The notes: a model not told the origin generated them from the sequence alone. A DNA stretch of 32,000 bases from Acaryochloris marina S15 (GCF_018336915.1 NZ_CP064926.1:90001-122000); one strand, 5' to 3'; numbered from the stretch's first letter, positions 16,388 through 27,016 are shown. Made by a program: numbers and translations.

Positions 16388-18067
16388 ATGAAAGAACTTG
16401 AAGAACAGCTTGCTCGTGCGAAACTCCTCGCATCAATAACTCAGCACATTCGTGAGTCCCTCAGCTTTGATGAGATTTTAACTACAACCGTTAATGAAGT
16501 TCGTGAAGTTTTTCAAGCAGATCGAGTACTCATTTTTCATCTCACCTCACAAGGATCTGGGGTAGTCATTAAGGAATCTGTGTTGCCAGAATACCCGGTG
16601 ACATTAGAAATGCTATTTCTGGATGAATGTTTCCCTGAGGAGTGTTACGAGTTCTACTGTCAGGGTAACCCTCGCATTGTTTTAGATGTTTTCAAAGATG
16701 AGTGGGCTGACTGCCTGGCAGAGTTTATGGATCAGGTGGGAGTTAAAACGAAAATCGTTGCGCCCATTGTCCAACTGGATAACGATAACTTGCCGAGGGT
16801 ATGGGGGCTGTTGATTGTCCATAGCTGTGCCTACTTTCGTCAATGGCAGGCCACGGATGCTGAATTACTACAAAGTATTAGTAATCAATTGGCGATTGCC
16901 CTGAAACAATCCGACCTTTACACCCAGCTTCAAACCCGTGAAACTCATCTGCGCAACATGTTCGAGAATGCGGTGAATGGGATGACTATGCTCACTATGA
17001 ATGGGCATTTCATTCAAGTTAACCCTGCTCTATGTCAATTACTAGGGTATTCAAATTCAGAACTACTCCAATTACCAATTCAAGACCTGATCCAGCCACA
17101 AGAGCTCGACCGTTATCGCAATAGCGTTCAAGATTTAATTAAAGATCGGACCTCTAGTCTCCAATTTGAAAGCGAGTTAAACCATATATCAGGAAAGACT
17201 ATATGGACCATTTGCAGTGCATCCCTTGTCCGCGATTCGGCAGGGAAGCCACTCTATTTTGTTGTACAAGTGGTAGATATTTCTGAACGTCGTGCCTTAG
17301 AGCAGATGAAAAGTGAGTTTATCTCTAGTGTTAGTCATGAGTTGCGTACTCCACTCACCTCTATTCATGGCTCCCTAGGACTACTAGTATCTGGGGCACT
17401 TGATGAGCAGCCCGAAGCCAGTAAGCAGATGATAGAGATTGCTGCTACGGAATCAGCGCGTTTGGTTCGCTTAGTTAGTGACATCCTAGATATAGAACGC
17501 CTTGAAACAAACAAAATCACGTTGCATCAACAGTGGTGTGATGCTACTTCTCTTCTACAAAGAGTGAGTGAAATCCTACGCCAGACTGCTGAAGACAACG
17601 ATATCAGCCTTATCATTACACCCACTTCCACTCAAGTCTGGGCAGATGAAGATCGCATCATTCAAGTCCTAGTGAATCTTGTCAGCAATGCGATTAAATT
17701 CTCAAACCCTGGATCAACTGTAAGTCTGAGTGTTCCAGCTCAGAATGGCAATCCGATATTGCCATCACAAGGTAAACGACAAGATACACATTCAGATCCT
17801 CTCGATCAAGGTATTTCTGCTGCTTTACAGATCCTGTTTCAGGTCAAAGATCATGGCAAGGGTATTCCAGCAGATAAATTAGAAATCATTTTTGATCGAT
17901 TTCAACAGGTTAATGGTTCTGATTCCCGTGAGCAAGGAGGTACAGGTCTAGGTTTAGCCATCTGTCAGAATATAGTGCAGCAACATGGCGGCATGATTTG
18001 GGTGGAAAGCGTATTAGGTCAAGGCAGTTCATTTTACTTTACGCTCCCTGCCTCTGAAAGCCAGTAG
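16388..18067 (+). CDS. Sensor histidine kinase (GAF-PAS-HisKA-HATPase_c)
   Basis: The H-box is SHELRTPLTSIHG, the N-box is LVNLVSNAIKFS and the G-boxes are DHGKGIP / GGTGLGLAICQNIV. A GAF-like N-terminal region and a PAS segment (MFENAVNGMTMLTMNGHFIQVNPAL) are present. Confidence 0.9.
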   Translation: MKELEEQLARAKLLASITQHIRESLSFDEILTTTVNEVREVFQADRVLIFHLTSQGSGVVIKESVLPEYPVTLEMLFLDECFPEECYEFYCQGNPRIVLDVFKDEWADCLAEFMDQVGVKTKIVAPIVQLDNDNLPRVWGLLIVHSCAYFRQWQATDAELLQSISNQLAIALKQSDLYTQLQTRETHLRNMFENAVNGMTMLTMNGHFIQVNPALCQLLGYSNSELLQLPIQDLIQPQELDRYRNSVQDLIKDRTSSLQFESELNHISGKTIWTICSASLVRDSAGKPLYFVVQVVDISERRALEQMKSEFISSVSHELRTPLTSIHGSLGLLVSGALDEQPEASKQMIEIAATESARLVRLVSDILDIERLETNKITLHQQWCDATSLLQRVSEILRQTAEDNDISLIITPTSTQVWADEDRIIQVLVNLVSNAIKFSNPGSTVSLSVPAQNGNPILPSQGKRQDTHSDPLDQGISAALQILFQVKDHGKGIPADKLEIIFDRFQQVNGSDSREQGGTGLGLAICQNIVQQHGGMIWVESVLGQGSSFYFTLPASESQ

Positions 18068-18114
18068 TATCAAGTTATCAGCAACTGAAGACTTACTTTA
18101 GGACGTAAGATTTA

Positions 18115-18489
18115 ATGTCACAGAAACATATCCTCCTCATTGATGATGAAGAGCACATCAGAACAGTGGTTCAGGCTTGCTTGGTGAATTTAGGTGGATG
18201 GACTGTTTCAATAGCTGAGTCGGGTCCACAAGGATTAGTAATAGCTAAACAAGAGCATCCAGATGCAATATTGCTTGATTATATGATGCCGGAAATGGAT
18301 GGGATAATGCTTCTTCGCGAATTGAGGCAGGACAAAACAATCCAATCTATTCCAGTGGTAATGCTAACCGCAAGAGCACAACTAAATGACCAATTGGAAT
18401 ATGCCGAGTTGGATGTTTTAGGCGTCATTAGCAAGCCTTTCGAACCCCAACTGTTAACGGCTCAGGTGGCTAATATGCTTGGTTGGTAA
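18115..18489 (+). CDS. Single-domain CheY-like response regulator
   Basis: Receiver motifs are LLIDDEE, ILLDYMMPEMDG, LTA and SKPF. There is no output domain. Confidence 0.9.
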   Translation: MSQKHILLIDDEEHIRTVVQACLVNLGGWTVSIAESGPQGLVIAKQEHPDAILLDYMMPEMDGIMLLRELRQDKTIQSIPVVMLTARAQLNDQLEYAELDVLGVISKPFEPQLLTAQVANMLGW

Positions 18490-18631
18490 TGATGAGAAGA
18501 AGATTAGCTTGGGAATTTATATAACTGCATCAACATAATTTTTTAGAGAAATATCTAATATGATTAAAGTGATCAAGATTGTTGCATTCATTTGTTATAT
18601 TCTTATAAGTTAAACGCATTTTCATCTTCAT

Positions 18632-19027
18632 TTAAGCCTCTTCTTTCCATCCCAGCATTGTCAGCATTGTAGGCACTAAGTCGCTAGGTTCAAAAGGCTT
18701 CGTAATTACCCCAGTAACTCCAATTTCTTTCCACTTTTGGGTCTCGCCCATTTTTGTTTTAGCAGTAACAAGAATAATGGGGATATTCTGCGTCTTTAAT
18801 TGGGAATGTAACTGGTGTATGGTGGCAAAGCCATCCATGTCTGGCATCATCATATCAAGCAGAATAGCGTCAGGTTTCTCTGCTTGAGCAATTGTAATTC
18901 CCTCTAAACCTGAGGATGCTATTAAAACCTCCCAACTAGCAAAAGTTTTTAGGGTCAACTGGATCACCAACCGAATGATTTCATCATCATCGATCACTAA
19001 AATTTGCTTGGAGCCCATCTCCCTCAT
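18632..19027 (-). CDS. Single-domain CheY-like response regulator
   Basis: Receiver motifs are LVIDDDE, ILLDMMMPDMDG, VTA and TKPF. It lies 21 nt downstream of the large kinase gene. Confidence 0.9.
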   Translation of the reverse strand: MREMGSKQILVIDDDEIIRLVIQLTLKTFASWEVLIASSGLEGITIAQAEKPDAILLDMMMPDMDGFATIHQLHSQLKTQNIPIILVTAKTKMGETQKWKEIGVTGVITKPFEPSDLVPTMLTMLGWKEEA

Positions 19028-19048
19028 TTCCTATTGCGTGTTGTGAAC

Positions 19049-22000
19049 TTATAGTGATGGCCGGATAGGGATTGCTACGAAAAAACAACTACCCTCCCCT
19101 AGGGTACTTTCTATCCAAATCTTGCCTCCATGTTCTTCGACAATATGCTTGCAGATAGATAGCCCTAATCCTGTTCCTTTTGTGAATTGGGTATTTGAGA
19201 CATCAAGTTTACTAAATCGTTCAAAGATTTTCTCGAATTTATCCTGGGGAATGCCACGCCCTTGATCTTTAACAGTAAATAAGACTGTTGGGATCGATTC
19301 ATTCACCTCATTGATGAGTTGTTGGTCTCCCTCACCCCGTTCGACATTCAACCAAATACTTCCTCCAGAAGAGGAAAATTTCAGAGCATTTTCGAGGAGA
19401 TTATTAAAGACTTGAATCAACCGATCAGCATCGGCTTCTAGCTCTATACCTGGGTCTGAGATTTCAATATGGATTTGGGTTTTTCCCATCATCTGCTGGA
19501 GATTTTGATGGGCTAGCTGAGTAAGATCAGTTGTTTGCACTACCGTTCTCTTGAGGGCAAATCGACCAGACTCCAATCGTTCCATTTCCAAAATGTCATT
19601 CACTAAACGGACAAGATGTCGAGAGTTAGCAGCCGAGACATTCAGAAGCTTTCCTCCCTCTTCCGAGTGCAGAAGAGTAGGTTGTTGAGAGAGAAGTTGT
19701 AAACAGCCATGAATTCCTGCCAGAGGATTGCGCAGTTCATGACTGACTACTGCAAGAAACTCATCTTTAACCTGTTCAGCAGCTTTCCGGTCAGTAATAT
19801 CTAAAACAGTCCCAAACAAGTGAGAGACCTGCTTGCTCTCATTTAATACGGGGCCACATTTGACATGTATATGCCTTTGAGCCCCCTGAGAGTGATCAAG
19901 TCTTAAATCTCTCTGAAACAGGAGACCGTTAGTGAGACTTTGTTGAATCGCCTCATCTAATATGATTTGATCCTCTGGATTTAATAAATTAATAAAATCT
20001 GCATATGCAGGAGGACCTTGGCTTAACTCACAACCAAAGATATGGAACATTCCTTCTGACCAGGTTAGAGTTTCAGTTGCTACCTCATAGTCCCAGTTGC
20101 CAATTCGAGCTATACGCTGGGCCTCTAACAGCTTGTTCTCACTGGAACGAAGTTTCTTCTCTGCATGTTGGCGTTCCAGGAGTTCTTGGCTCAGGTGGGT
20201 ATTGGCCGCTTCGAGTTCAGTAGTCCGTTCTAAGACCCTACTTTCTAATTCTGCATTCACTTGCCGCAAAGCTGCATCTGCCTGATGTGCGATGAGAAAG
20301 CGGCCAATGCTTTGAGCCATTAGCTCGATCGTCTCTTTAGTATGGGTATCCTGACGGAGGTATCTGCTCTCCGTTGAGAAAAAATTGAGTGTTCCATAAA
20401 TGGCTTTCCCACCTTCCAAATAAATCGGAGTGCCAATATATGAGGTTAAGGATACGGTCATATCCTCCTCAGTCATTTCGTCTGAACGAGTGTAGACTAC
20501 CGTTCTTTTATCTTGCATGACCTTTATGCAGTGAGGGGTACACAATGAAAGAGTAGAGCTAGCAGCCAGATTAGGCAGCTTAGATTCACACGAAACTATT
20601 GTGTAAGTATCACCGTCCACTTGACTGATTACCCCTGTTGGATAATCTAAAAGCTCACAGCCTGTGTGCAGATAATCACTGAAGCGTTCTTCTAAACTGA
20701 TGTAGTTTGTTGTTGCTAACCGATGGAGATGCTCAAGGTGATGACTGAATTCGGCTAGTTCTCCCTGGACCTGTTTGAGATCGTCAATATTCACAAAGGT
20801 GAGAACAACCCCATCCTTCACCTCATCCTCCCTTAGGTAGGGATTCACATACAACAGCAACTGTTCCCCGGTTTCTGGAATCACTACCTCCTTGCTCATC
20901 ACGGAGGCATCTACGATCGCCTGCTTTAGATCATCTACGAGATGTGGATAATCAAGTTTATGGGTGAAATGGGCTAAGGGACGGCCCACATCAGCAGGTC
21001 TAATGTTGATGGCTCGGGTAGCAGCAGGGGTAAATTTGCGAATATTGAGGTCGTGGTCTAAGAATACGACCCCTATATTTGTGCTCCGAAGTAAGTTATC
21101 AATATCGTTATTGAGTTCGATTAACTCTTGAATCTTACTTTGATAACCTGAGTTCACCGTATACAGTTCTTCGTTAACTGACTGGAGTTCTTCGTTCGTA
21201 CTTTGCAATTCCTCATTGGAAGCAAGCAATTCTTCATTGGTTGCCTGCTGTTCCTCATTTGTGGTCTCTAGTTCCTCAATCGTGACTTGCAAATTCTCGC
21301 GGGTTTGGTTAAGTTCATATTCCAATTCAGTAATTCTTTTCGTGGCTTCTGTATCTATTTCAAAATTGGTAACAGTTTGCACCACTACTGGGTTAGTCTC
21401 TACTTCAAATACAACAATTAAATAATCTTCAATTCCCGGTGTCGGGTCACCAATATTCACCCGCAGGTTGATTGTCCAGTCTTCTTCACCACGGGAGAGT
21501 TTGATGTTGGTGTACAGGACGGGCTCTTTATCCCGCTTGGCACGGTGAAGAGCAGTGCTCAGCGGCAACTTAAAGGCAGAGGGTACTAACTCTGTCACGT
21601 CTACCTTCACATCACCTAAGGGGAATTCCAATAGTTGATCGGGATCATGGAAAATGTGGAGAAGTTGATTGTCATAATCAACAAGAAAGCAGGTGAGGCG
21701 CTTCTGGGCAAAGCAAAATTGATAGACTTGACCGAGCAAGCGGTCAAACTGAGGTCGCCGTGATTTTAAACGGGTTGAGGCCGGAATCGCGGTCAGAATC
21801 CGATGCTGAGTTAATGGGGCTAAGGGAAGTTGTACGTCCCGACGTTTACGAAAAATCTTCCACTTCGCTTCTAAGGGAAGGAACTCACTAGCCAAGTCTC
21901 CCAATGTTTCGGAGTTCCCTAAAAATAAAGCCCCCTGAGGAGCTAGTGCAAAATGTAGTAACCGTAACACCTGTTGTTGCAGCTGGGGTTGCATATAAAT

Positions 22001-23287
22001 CAAGACATTACGGCAGCTCACTAGATGCATCTTAGAAAAGCCAGCATTCTTAGTTAGATCATGGGGGGCAATGATGAGCATTTCCCGTAGTGCCCGTTTA
22101 ACCTGGTAATGTTCTCCTTCATCGGTAAAATAACGGTCTAAGCGTTCTGAGGAGATGGAATTGGCAATACTTTTTGGATAAATACCACTGGAGGCTGTTT
22201 CTAGTGAATTTCGGTCTAGGTCTGTTGCGAAGATTTTCACATTGATAGGTTTTTCAGCCCGTTCTACAGCTTCATCTACTAATATGGCCATGGAATAGGC
22301 TTCTTCACCCGTCGCACAGGCTGAAATCCATATCCTCAGTTGTTGATGGATGGACAGCCCCTCGATCAGTTGGGGAAGTACTTGAGTTTCTAAATACTCC
22401 CATGCAGGAAGATCCCGGAAGAAGCGGGTTGCATTGATCAATAAATCCTGGCGCAACAGCTTCTGTTCTTCTTCTGAGGATTCAATCAGACGAATATAGT
22501 TTTCCAGATTGCTGCATCGGATGAGGGCACACCGATGAGTAATCCGACGACTGATCGTACTAATTTTGTAGTGGGAGAAGTCGATTTGCTCACGCTCTGC
22601 CAATATATCCAAGATCCGTTGGAGCTGGTTCGGGTCCACGAGGCCGGATTCTTCTGACGTATATCCGGGATAACTAGCTGAAAGACTGACGATGTCATAG
22701 ACCACCTGAGCCAACTCCTGGGGTGAGAGAATCTCATCTACCAAACCAGAAGGGATTGCACTTGTGGGCATACTGGTAAACTGGGCCGTCTCCGGGGACT
22801 GGACAAGAGCGACACCACCCGCACGACTCACTTCCTGCAGCCCTTGGGTTCCATCACTACCCGTTCCTGACAGTAAAATGCAAATCGTTCGTTCTCCCCA
22901 TTCGTGAGCGAGAGATTGGAAAAATTCGTTAATAGGATAATTCAGCGTATCAGGTTGTTTGCGCAGTCTTAGTTGTTGCTTTTTGAGACGGAGAGTCTTG
23001 CGTGGAGGAAGTACATAGACAGCATTTGGTCTCAAAAGCATACTGTCTTCAATGGAATGAACGGGTAAGTGAGTCCGCCGCTGTAATATTTCTGGCATCA
23101 GACTTTTAAAGTCTGGGGCCAGGTGTTGCACCACAACAAAGGCAGCTCCTGGATTTTCGGGTAAATGAGAGAAAAATGATTCTAATGCTTGTAAGCCCCC
23201 AGCGGAAGCCCCTATTGCCACTACAAAAAACTCATCTATCGAACGCTTAGGTTCTGGCTCCTTCTCTTTATTCTGGTGGCGGGACAT
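19049..23287 (-). CDS. Multidomain CheB-like methylesterase / CheR-type methyltransferase / PAS / coiled coil / PAS-GAF-PAS / HisKA-HATPase_c hybrid sensor kinase (1412 aa)
   Basis: The CheB-like part has [22 protein letters not shown]...[12 protein letters not shown]. The CheR SAM-binding part has [19 protein letters not shown]. The heptad block is [33 protein letters not shown]. The H-box is [13 protein letters not shown] and the G-box is [18 protein letters not shown]. Confidence 0.9.
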   Translation of the reverse strand: MSRHQNKEKEPEPKRSIDEFFVVAIGASAGGLQALESFFSHLPENPGAAFVVVQHLAPDFKSLMPEILQRRTHLPVHSIEDSMLLRPNAVYVLPPRKTLRLKKQQLRLRKQPDTLNYPINEFFQSLAHEWGERTICILLSGTGSDGTQGLQEVSRAGGVALVQSPETAQFTSMPTSAIPSGLVDEILSPQELAQVVYDIVSLSASYPGYTSEESGLVDPNQLQRILDILAEREQIDFSHYKISTISRRITHRCALIRCSNLENYIRLIESSEEEQKLLRQDLLINATRFFRDLPAWEYLETQVLPQLIEGLSIHQQLRIWISACATGEEAYSMAILVDEAVERAEKPINVKIFATDLDRNSLETASSGIYPKSIANSISSERLDRYFTDEGEHYQVKRALREMLIIAPHDLTKNAGFSKMHLVSCRNVLIYMQPQLQQQVLRLLHFALAPQGALFLGNSETLGDLASEFLPLEAKWKIFRKRRDVQLPLAPLTQHRILTAIPASTRLKSRRPQFDRLLGQVYQFCFAQKRLTCFLVDYDNQLLHIFHDPDQLLEFPLGDVKVDVTELVPSAFKLPLSTALHRAKRDKEPVLYTNIKLSRGEEDWTINLRVNIGDPTPGIEDYLIVVFEVETNPVVVQTVTNFEIDTEATKRITELEYELNQTRENLQVTIEELETTNEEQQATNEELLASNEELQSTNEELQSVNEELYTVNSGYQSKIQELIELNNDIDNLLRSTNIGVVFLDHDLNIRKFTPAATRAINIRPADVGRPLAHFTHKLDYPHLVDDLKQAIVDASVMSKEVVIPETGEQLLLYVNPYLREDEVKDGVVLTFVNIDDLKQVQGELAEFSHHLEHLHRLATTNYISLEERFSDYLHTGCELLDYPTGVISQVDGDTYTIVSCESKLPNLAASSTLSLCTPHCIKVMQDKRTVVYTRSDEMTEEDMTVSLTSYIGTPIYLEGGKAIYGTLNFFSTESRYLRQDTHTKETIELMAQSIGRFLIAHQADAALRQVNAELESRVLERTTELEAANTHLSQELLERQHAEKKLRSSENKLLEAQRIARIGNWDYEVATETLTWSEGMFHIFGCELSQGPPAYADFINLLNPEDQIILDEAIQQSLTNGLLFQRDLRLDHSQGAQRHIHVKCGPVLNESKQVSHLFGTVLDITDRKAAEQVKDEFLAVVSHELRNPLAGIHGCLQLLSQQPTLLHSEEGGKLLNVSAANSRHLVRLVNDILEMERLESGRFALKRTVVQTTDLTQLAHQNLQQMMGKTQIHIEISDPGIELEADADRLIQVFNNLLENALKFSSSGGSIWLNVERGEGDQQLINEVNESIPTVLFTVKDQGRGIPQDKFEKIFERFSKLDVSNTQFTKGTGLGLSICKHIVEEHGGKIWIESTLGEGSCFFVAIPIRPSL

Positions 23288-23740
23288 AAAAGCACCTCTC
23301 TCTAGTTGATATAGATCAACTTGATGTCATCCAACTCGCAAAAACTAGTAAAGCTTTCTGTAAGTCCTTACAACAATTGAAAACCAAAAGCTTTCCCCCA
23401 AGAGTTCTTAGATTACTTGGGGAACGGAGGAAGTACTAAAGCTAGTGAGTACTAGATTATTTAAAGCGTTGGTAAATTCAAAAACAGACGAGCACTCTGA
23501 TTTATTGCAATGAAATCCTAGAACTAATGAAGGAGTTTAATTTACATAAATTCAAACTATGTTGATATATAGTCATAATGATTTAATTTTCTTTTAATAT
23601 TTAATGACAGCTTTATTGTAAAGTGACGCGCCTGGAAGGACAATGAAGATGAAACATTGATTTACAACCCCAAAGGTTGTCTTATCCCTAGTGCTCATAA
23701 GGCGGCTTCCATGAAACTTATTACCTTCACGTAAGATGTA

Positions 23741-23796
23741 GGGGTTTTGGTTTGGGGCGAGGGAGGCTATGACGCCTCGCCCCAAACCAAAACCCC
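23741..23796. repeat. Perfect 22-bp-stem hairpin (56 nt)
   Basis: ggggttttggtttggggcgagg (23741..23762) is the exact reverse complement of cctcgccccaaaccaaaacccc (23775..23796), with a 12-nt loop. Confidence 0.7.
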
Positions 23797-23798
23797 AT

Positions 23799-23871
23799 AT
23801 AGTGATCTTGGAATCTATGCTCTGTGGAATAATTTATGTCGCGTTTCGCTCAACGCTCCGACATCCCAACC
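23799..23871. repeat. Copy B of the ~72-bp dispersed repeat (copy A at 11271..11342)
   Basis: See copy A. This copy lies directly 3' of the 22-bp-stem hairpin. Confidence 0.6.
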
Positions 23872-24096
23872 GTCCGTCTCATTGAGTTCGGCACAGAAAA
23901 ATCAGAGGAGAGCAAGCCTGTATCTATTCCGCTTACTTTCCCATACAGAGAACATAGTCTCAAAACATTTCAGGACATGCGTTAGTGTTGCCATCCCTGA
24001 AGGCCTAGGATGCTGGAAACGGATGATCTGCTGTTTTCTCAGAGCAATACTCTAAATACTCTATTGATAGAGTATTTCAGTTATTCCAGCTCATGG

Positions 24097-24258
24097 CGAT
24101 TAAATCGAGCCAGCAACGTAGGCAATATTTCAGAGACAGGATTAGGTTTGACGATAGCAAAATATTCTGTTGATTTGCATGGGGGTAAGATCCTACTCGC
24201 TAGTCAAGAAAAGGTTGGTACTGTCTTTACTGTGCGACTTCCAGTTAGGGGTATTTAA
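24097..24258 (+). pseudogene. Orphan C-terminal fragment of a histidine-kinase HATPase_c domain
   Basis: RLNRASNVGNISETGLGLTIAKYSVDLHGGKILLASQEKVGTVFTVRLPVRGI* holds only the G2 box and the final strands. No H-box or N-box lies upstream. Confidence 0.55.
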
Positions 24259-24857
24259 CGGGATTGGGGAAAACAAATTTCAAATGACGTTCCAGTCTCT
24301 CGTTTAACAGTTATGGTACCTGAAATCTGTTTTGTTAAGGTGTTAACCATCCGTAAGCCCAAAGTTTGGGATCTTGCAAAGTTCAGGTTAGCGGGTAAAC
24401 CAATACCGCTATCAGAAATTTTCAATGCCAACATCTGTTTTGCAGTTTGGGTCATGTGGATATCAATTTGTCCATCATGTTGCTGAGGAAATGCATATTT
24501 GAGAGAATTAGAGACTAACTCATTGATAATCAGACCACAAGGTACTGCAGTGTCGATTTCAAGGTAGATATTGGGGCTAAAAATGGTAATACGGATTTGG
24601 CTCACTTTAGAGCGGTAAGATCGCAAAAGGTTGTTCGTTAAGTCAGTGACATAAGTCTTAAAATTTATCTTTGACAAGCTTTCTGACTGGTACAAGTTCT
24701 CATGGACTAAAGCCATTGATTTAACACGATCCTGGCTTTCCTGCATAATTTCTGCAACTTGCAAATTAGTATTTGTCTGGCTTTGTAAATTAAGTAGACT
24801 ACATATCACCTGTAAGTTATTTTTCACCCGGTGATGAATTTCTTGGGCACTGTTCAT
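24255..24857 (-). CDS. HisKA_2/HWE-type histidine kinase core lacking any sensor region; probably 5'-truncated at the adjacent IS
   Basis: The H-box EIHHRVKNNLQVICSLLNLQ begins at residue 6, followed by HATPase_c (ELVSNSLKYAF, DSGIGLP). An in-frame TAG lies 5 codons upstream of the ATG. The putative IS left end lies at about 24862. Confidence 0.7.
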   Translation of the reverse strand: MNSAQEIHHRVKNNLQVICSLLNLQSQTNTNLQVAEIMQESQDRVKSMALVHENLYQSESLSKINFKTYVTDLTNNLLRSYRSKVSQIRITIFSPNIYLEIDTAVPCGLIINELVSNSLKYAFPQQHDGQIDIHMTQTAKQMLALKISDSGIGLPANLNFARSQTLGLRMVNTLTKQISGTITVKRETGTSFEICFPQSR

Positions 24858-24861
24858 TTCA

Positions 24862-26516
24862 GGGTTACAGATCTAGTCCACAGTTGAGTGAAATCAAGAC
24901 ATTTTGAGATCTCGGGTATGGCGATCAGGGATACTCTTTCAATGTCGTCAACTTCTGCCCAACAAATCCTAAAGATGAATTCCTCTTCCTGTGTCGCCGC
25001 TACTCTTTCTCCTTGTGAGCGCCAGGAGTTAGCCCTTCAGGTTCTGACCAAGACTGAACCCGTCACCAACCTCGCAAAAGAACATCAAGTCAGTCGCAAG
25101 TTTCTCTACCAACAAAGCAACAAGGCAAATGATGCTTTGGAAGAAGCTTTCTCGCCATCTACGAATAATGACGATGAGGTGCTTTTCCATCTACCCGTCA
25201 CGAAAGCTTGGCTGTTCCAACTGATCCTTTCCTTAGTGTTGATTTGCCACAGTTCCTTTCGCGGTGTCGTCGAATTGCTGCGCGATCTTTTTGATTTTCC
25301 AACGTGTGTCGGCACGATCCACAACCGGCTTACAGTTGCCTCACAATCAGCTATCAAGGTCAATCAATCCCAAGACCTATCTGCCATAGAGGTGGGTCTG
25401 CTCGATGAGATCTTTCATGGCTCAAAACCAGTTCTAGTCGGCATTGATGCCGCTTCCACCTATTGCTATCTCCTTGAAGCTGCAGATCACCGAGATGCGG
25501 ATACCTGGGGCTATCATCTACTCAATGCTGCAGAGCAAGGACTCGACCCAACACACACCATTGCCGATGCTGGCTCAGGCTTACGGGCTGGACAAAAAGA
25601 AGCCTTTGGAGACAAGCCTTGTCATGGTGATGTATTCCACATCCAGCACCAGTGCCAAACCCTGGCTAACAGCCTCAATCGAAAAGCAATGGGGGCTCAG
25701 TCTCGACGCCAAGAGCTAGAAGCCAAGATGGCAGAGGCTAAGCAACAAGGGCAATGGCATCCCCTCTGTGTCCGTTTGGGAAAAGCGAGAACCCAAGAGA
25801 AGCAATCAGTGCAATTGGCAAAAGACATTAAGACCCTGATAGAGTGGCTCAATCATGATGTCCTCCAACTGGCCGGTCCCTGTCATTCAGAACGGCTAGA
25901 ACTCTATGACTTCATCGTTGCAGAACTTCAGCAACGTGAGCATCTCGGAGGTAAGCAGATTCGAGTCTTACGCAAAGCATTGAAGAATCAACGGGACGAT
26001 CTGTTGGCCTTTGCCAAGGTGTTTGATGACAAGCTGGCTGAGATTGCCCAGCAATTCGAGACACCTCTATTTCTCGTCAGGCAGATGGTGCGCTTTTTCC
26101 GGAAACAGGCGACCTCCGAAGCGTACTGGAGGAGCTGGGGCGATCTGCATCAGATGCTGAACTGGAAGTTCTTTCAACTCCATGGGGCGATCCAGAATGC
26201 GATGAAACAGACACCTAGGGCGAGTTCTTTGGTTGAGAATCTCAACTCCAGGCTGCGCAGCTATTTCACGCTTCGCAAACATCTTGGAACACCCTATTTG
26301 GGACTGCTTCAATTCTTTCTCAACCACCGACAATTCATGAGTAGTGGTTGTGAAGAGAGAAAAAGAAAAAGTCCTAGAGAAGTGATGACAGGAGAGAAGC
26401 ATCCTCACTGGCTAGAACTGCTGGGATTCAAACTCTTCAAAAGAGCTTAGCAAAAGGAATAAATCCTGGACTGGTCATTTCTAGAGATGGCCTGTTTTGT
26501 CGTGCTAGTGTTACCC
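24862..26516 (+). mobile_element. Putative insertion sequence (~1.65 kb) encoding the 520-aa protein; ends tentative
   Basis: Left gggttacagatctagtccac (24862..24881) matches the reverse complement of 26502..26516 (gggtaacactagcac) imperfectly and with indels. The element separates a truncated kinase from a truncated IS4-type transposase gene. Confidence 0.45.
24888..26450 (+). CDS. Putative DDE transposase, family not assignable by eye (N-terminal HTH-like region; start may be the ATG at 24918)
   Basis: 520 aa. The HTH-like part is VTNLAKEHQVSRKFLYQQ. Candidate catalytic acidic residues lie in LVGIDAASTYCYLL, IADAGSGLRAG and SSLVENLNSRLRSYF. The context is IS-like. Confidence 0.6.
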   Translation: MKSRHFEISGMAIRDTLSMSSTSAQQILKMNSSSCVAATLSPCERQELALQVLTKTEPVTNLAKEHQVSRKFLYQQSNKANDALEEAFSPSTNNDDEVLFHLPVTKAWLFQLILSLVLICHSSFRGVVELLRDLFDFPTCVGTIHNRLTVASQSAIKVNQSQDLSAIEVGLLDEIFHGSKPVLVGIDAASTYCYLLEAADHRDADTWGYHLLNAAEQGLDPTHTIADAGSGLRAGQKEAFGDKPCHGDVFHIQHQCQTLANSLNRKAMGAQSRRQELEAKMAEAKQQGQWHPLCVRLGKARTQEKQSVQLAKDIKTLIEWLNHDVLQLAGPCHSERLELYDFIVAELQQREHLGGKQIRVLRKALKNQRDDLLAFAKVFDDKLAEIAQQFETPLFLVRQMVRFFRKQATSEAYWRSWGDLHQMLNWKFFQLHGAIQNAMKQTPRASSLVENLNSRLRSYFTLRKHLGTPYLGLLQFFLNHRQFMSSGCEERKRKSPREVMTGEKHPHWLELLGFKLFKRA

Positions 26517-26519
26517 ATT

Positions 26520-26859
26520 TTTGGCCATTTCTGAACAAAGCCAACGTGTCGTCCTTTGACTTGTTGCTGGCAGTGGTCACAGAGGCTTTTGACCAACTCA
26601 GATATGGACACGTTTTCATTCTCTAAGAAGCGATAGAAGCCCACTTGCTCTGCGCGACCTTGGCTGATTTGACGGATGCTTACGCTCTGATGGTGATGAA
26701 TGGCATCGAATAATGAAGCCCCCTTTTGAGCAAACGAAGGTCGCCAAAGGTAGTTCCATTAATCAGTTCTTCGTGCACCAAAATAGGATTTTCCATATCT
26801 ATGAGGATGCTCTATACGACTTCACTACAGTCTAATTCAGACTTGTGTGTACACCGTAG
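26520..26859 (-). mobile_element. Remnant (5' end) of a Tn5/IS50-like IS4-family element, truncated by the 24862..26516 element
   Basis: The outer end on the minus strand is CTACGGTGTACACACAAGT (26859..26841). It matches the IS50 outside end as I recall it (CTGACTCTTATACACAAGT) at 12/19, including the inner ACACAAGT. The transposase ATG lies 63 nt inside. Confidence 0.5.
26525..26796 (-). pseudogene. N-terminal fragment of a Tn5-like IS4-family transposase (frameshifted and truncated)
   Basis: MENPILVHEELINGTTFGDLRLLKRGL is followed by a frameshift at the G5 run (26719..26723). It then reads SLFDAIHHHQSVSIRQISQGRAEQVGFYRFLENENVSISELVKSLCDHCQQQVKGRHV. This parallels the Tn5 Tnp N-terminus (..GDPRRTARLV..EGAYRFIRNPNVSAEAI..). 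Confidence 0.6.
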
Positions 26860-27016
26860 GCACAGCCCACCCGTCTAGAAGTGGAAAGGGCGGTCAAGAG
26901 CATTGTAAGAGCTGGTTCTGTCGTGATTGGGACACATCGCACACCTGACCCTGGTCATGGACTCGCCGCATATCTGAACTGGAAATACCCTGCCGCCGAT
27001 CAGTTGGAGCTAAGCC

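Noticed and set aside
23594-24055. ORFs 23594..23785 (-) and 23747..24055 (+)
   Set aside because: Both read through the 22-bp-stem hairpin and repeat copy B. They are artefacts of the palindrome.
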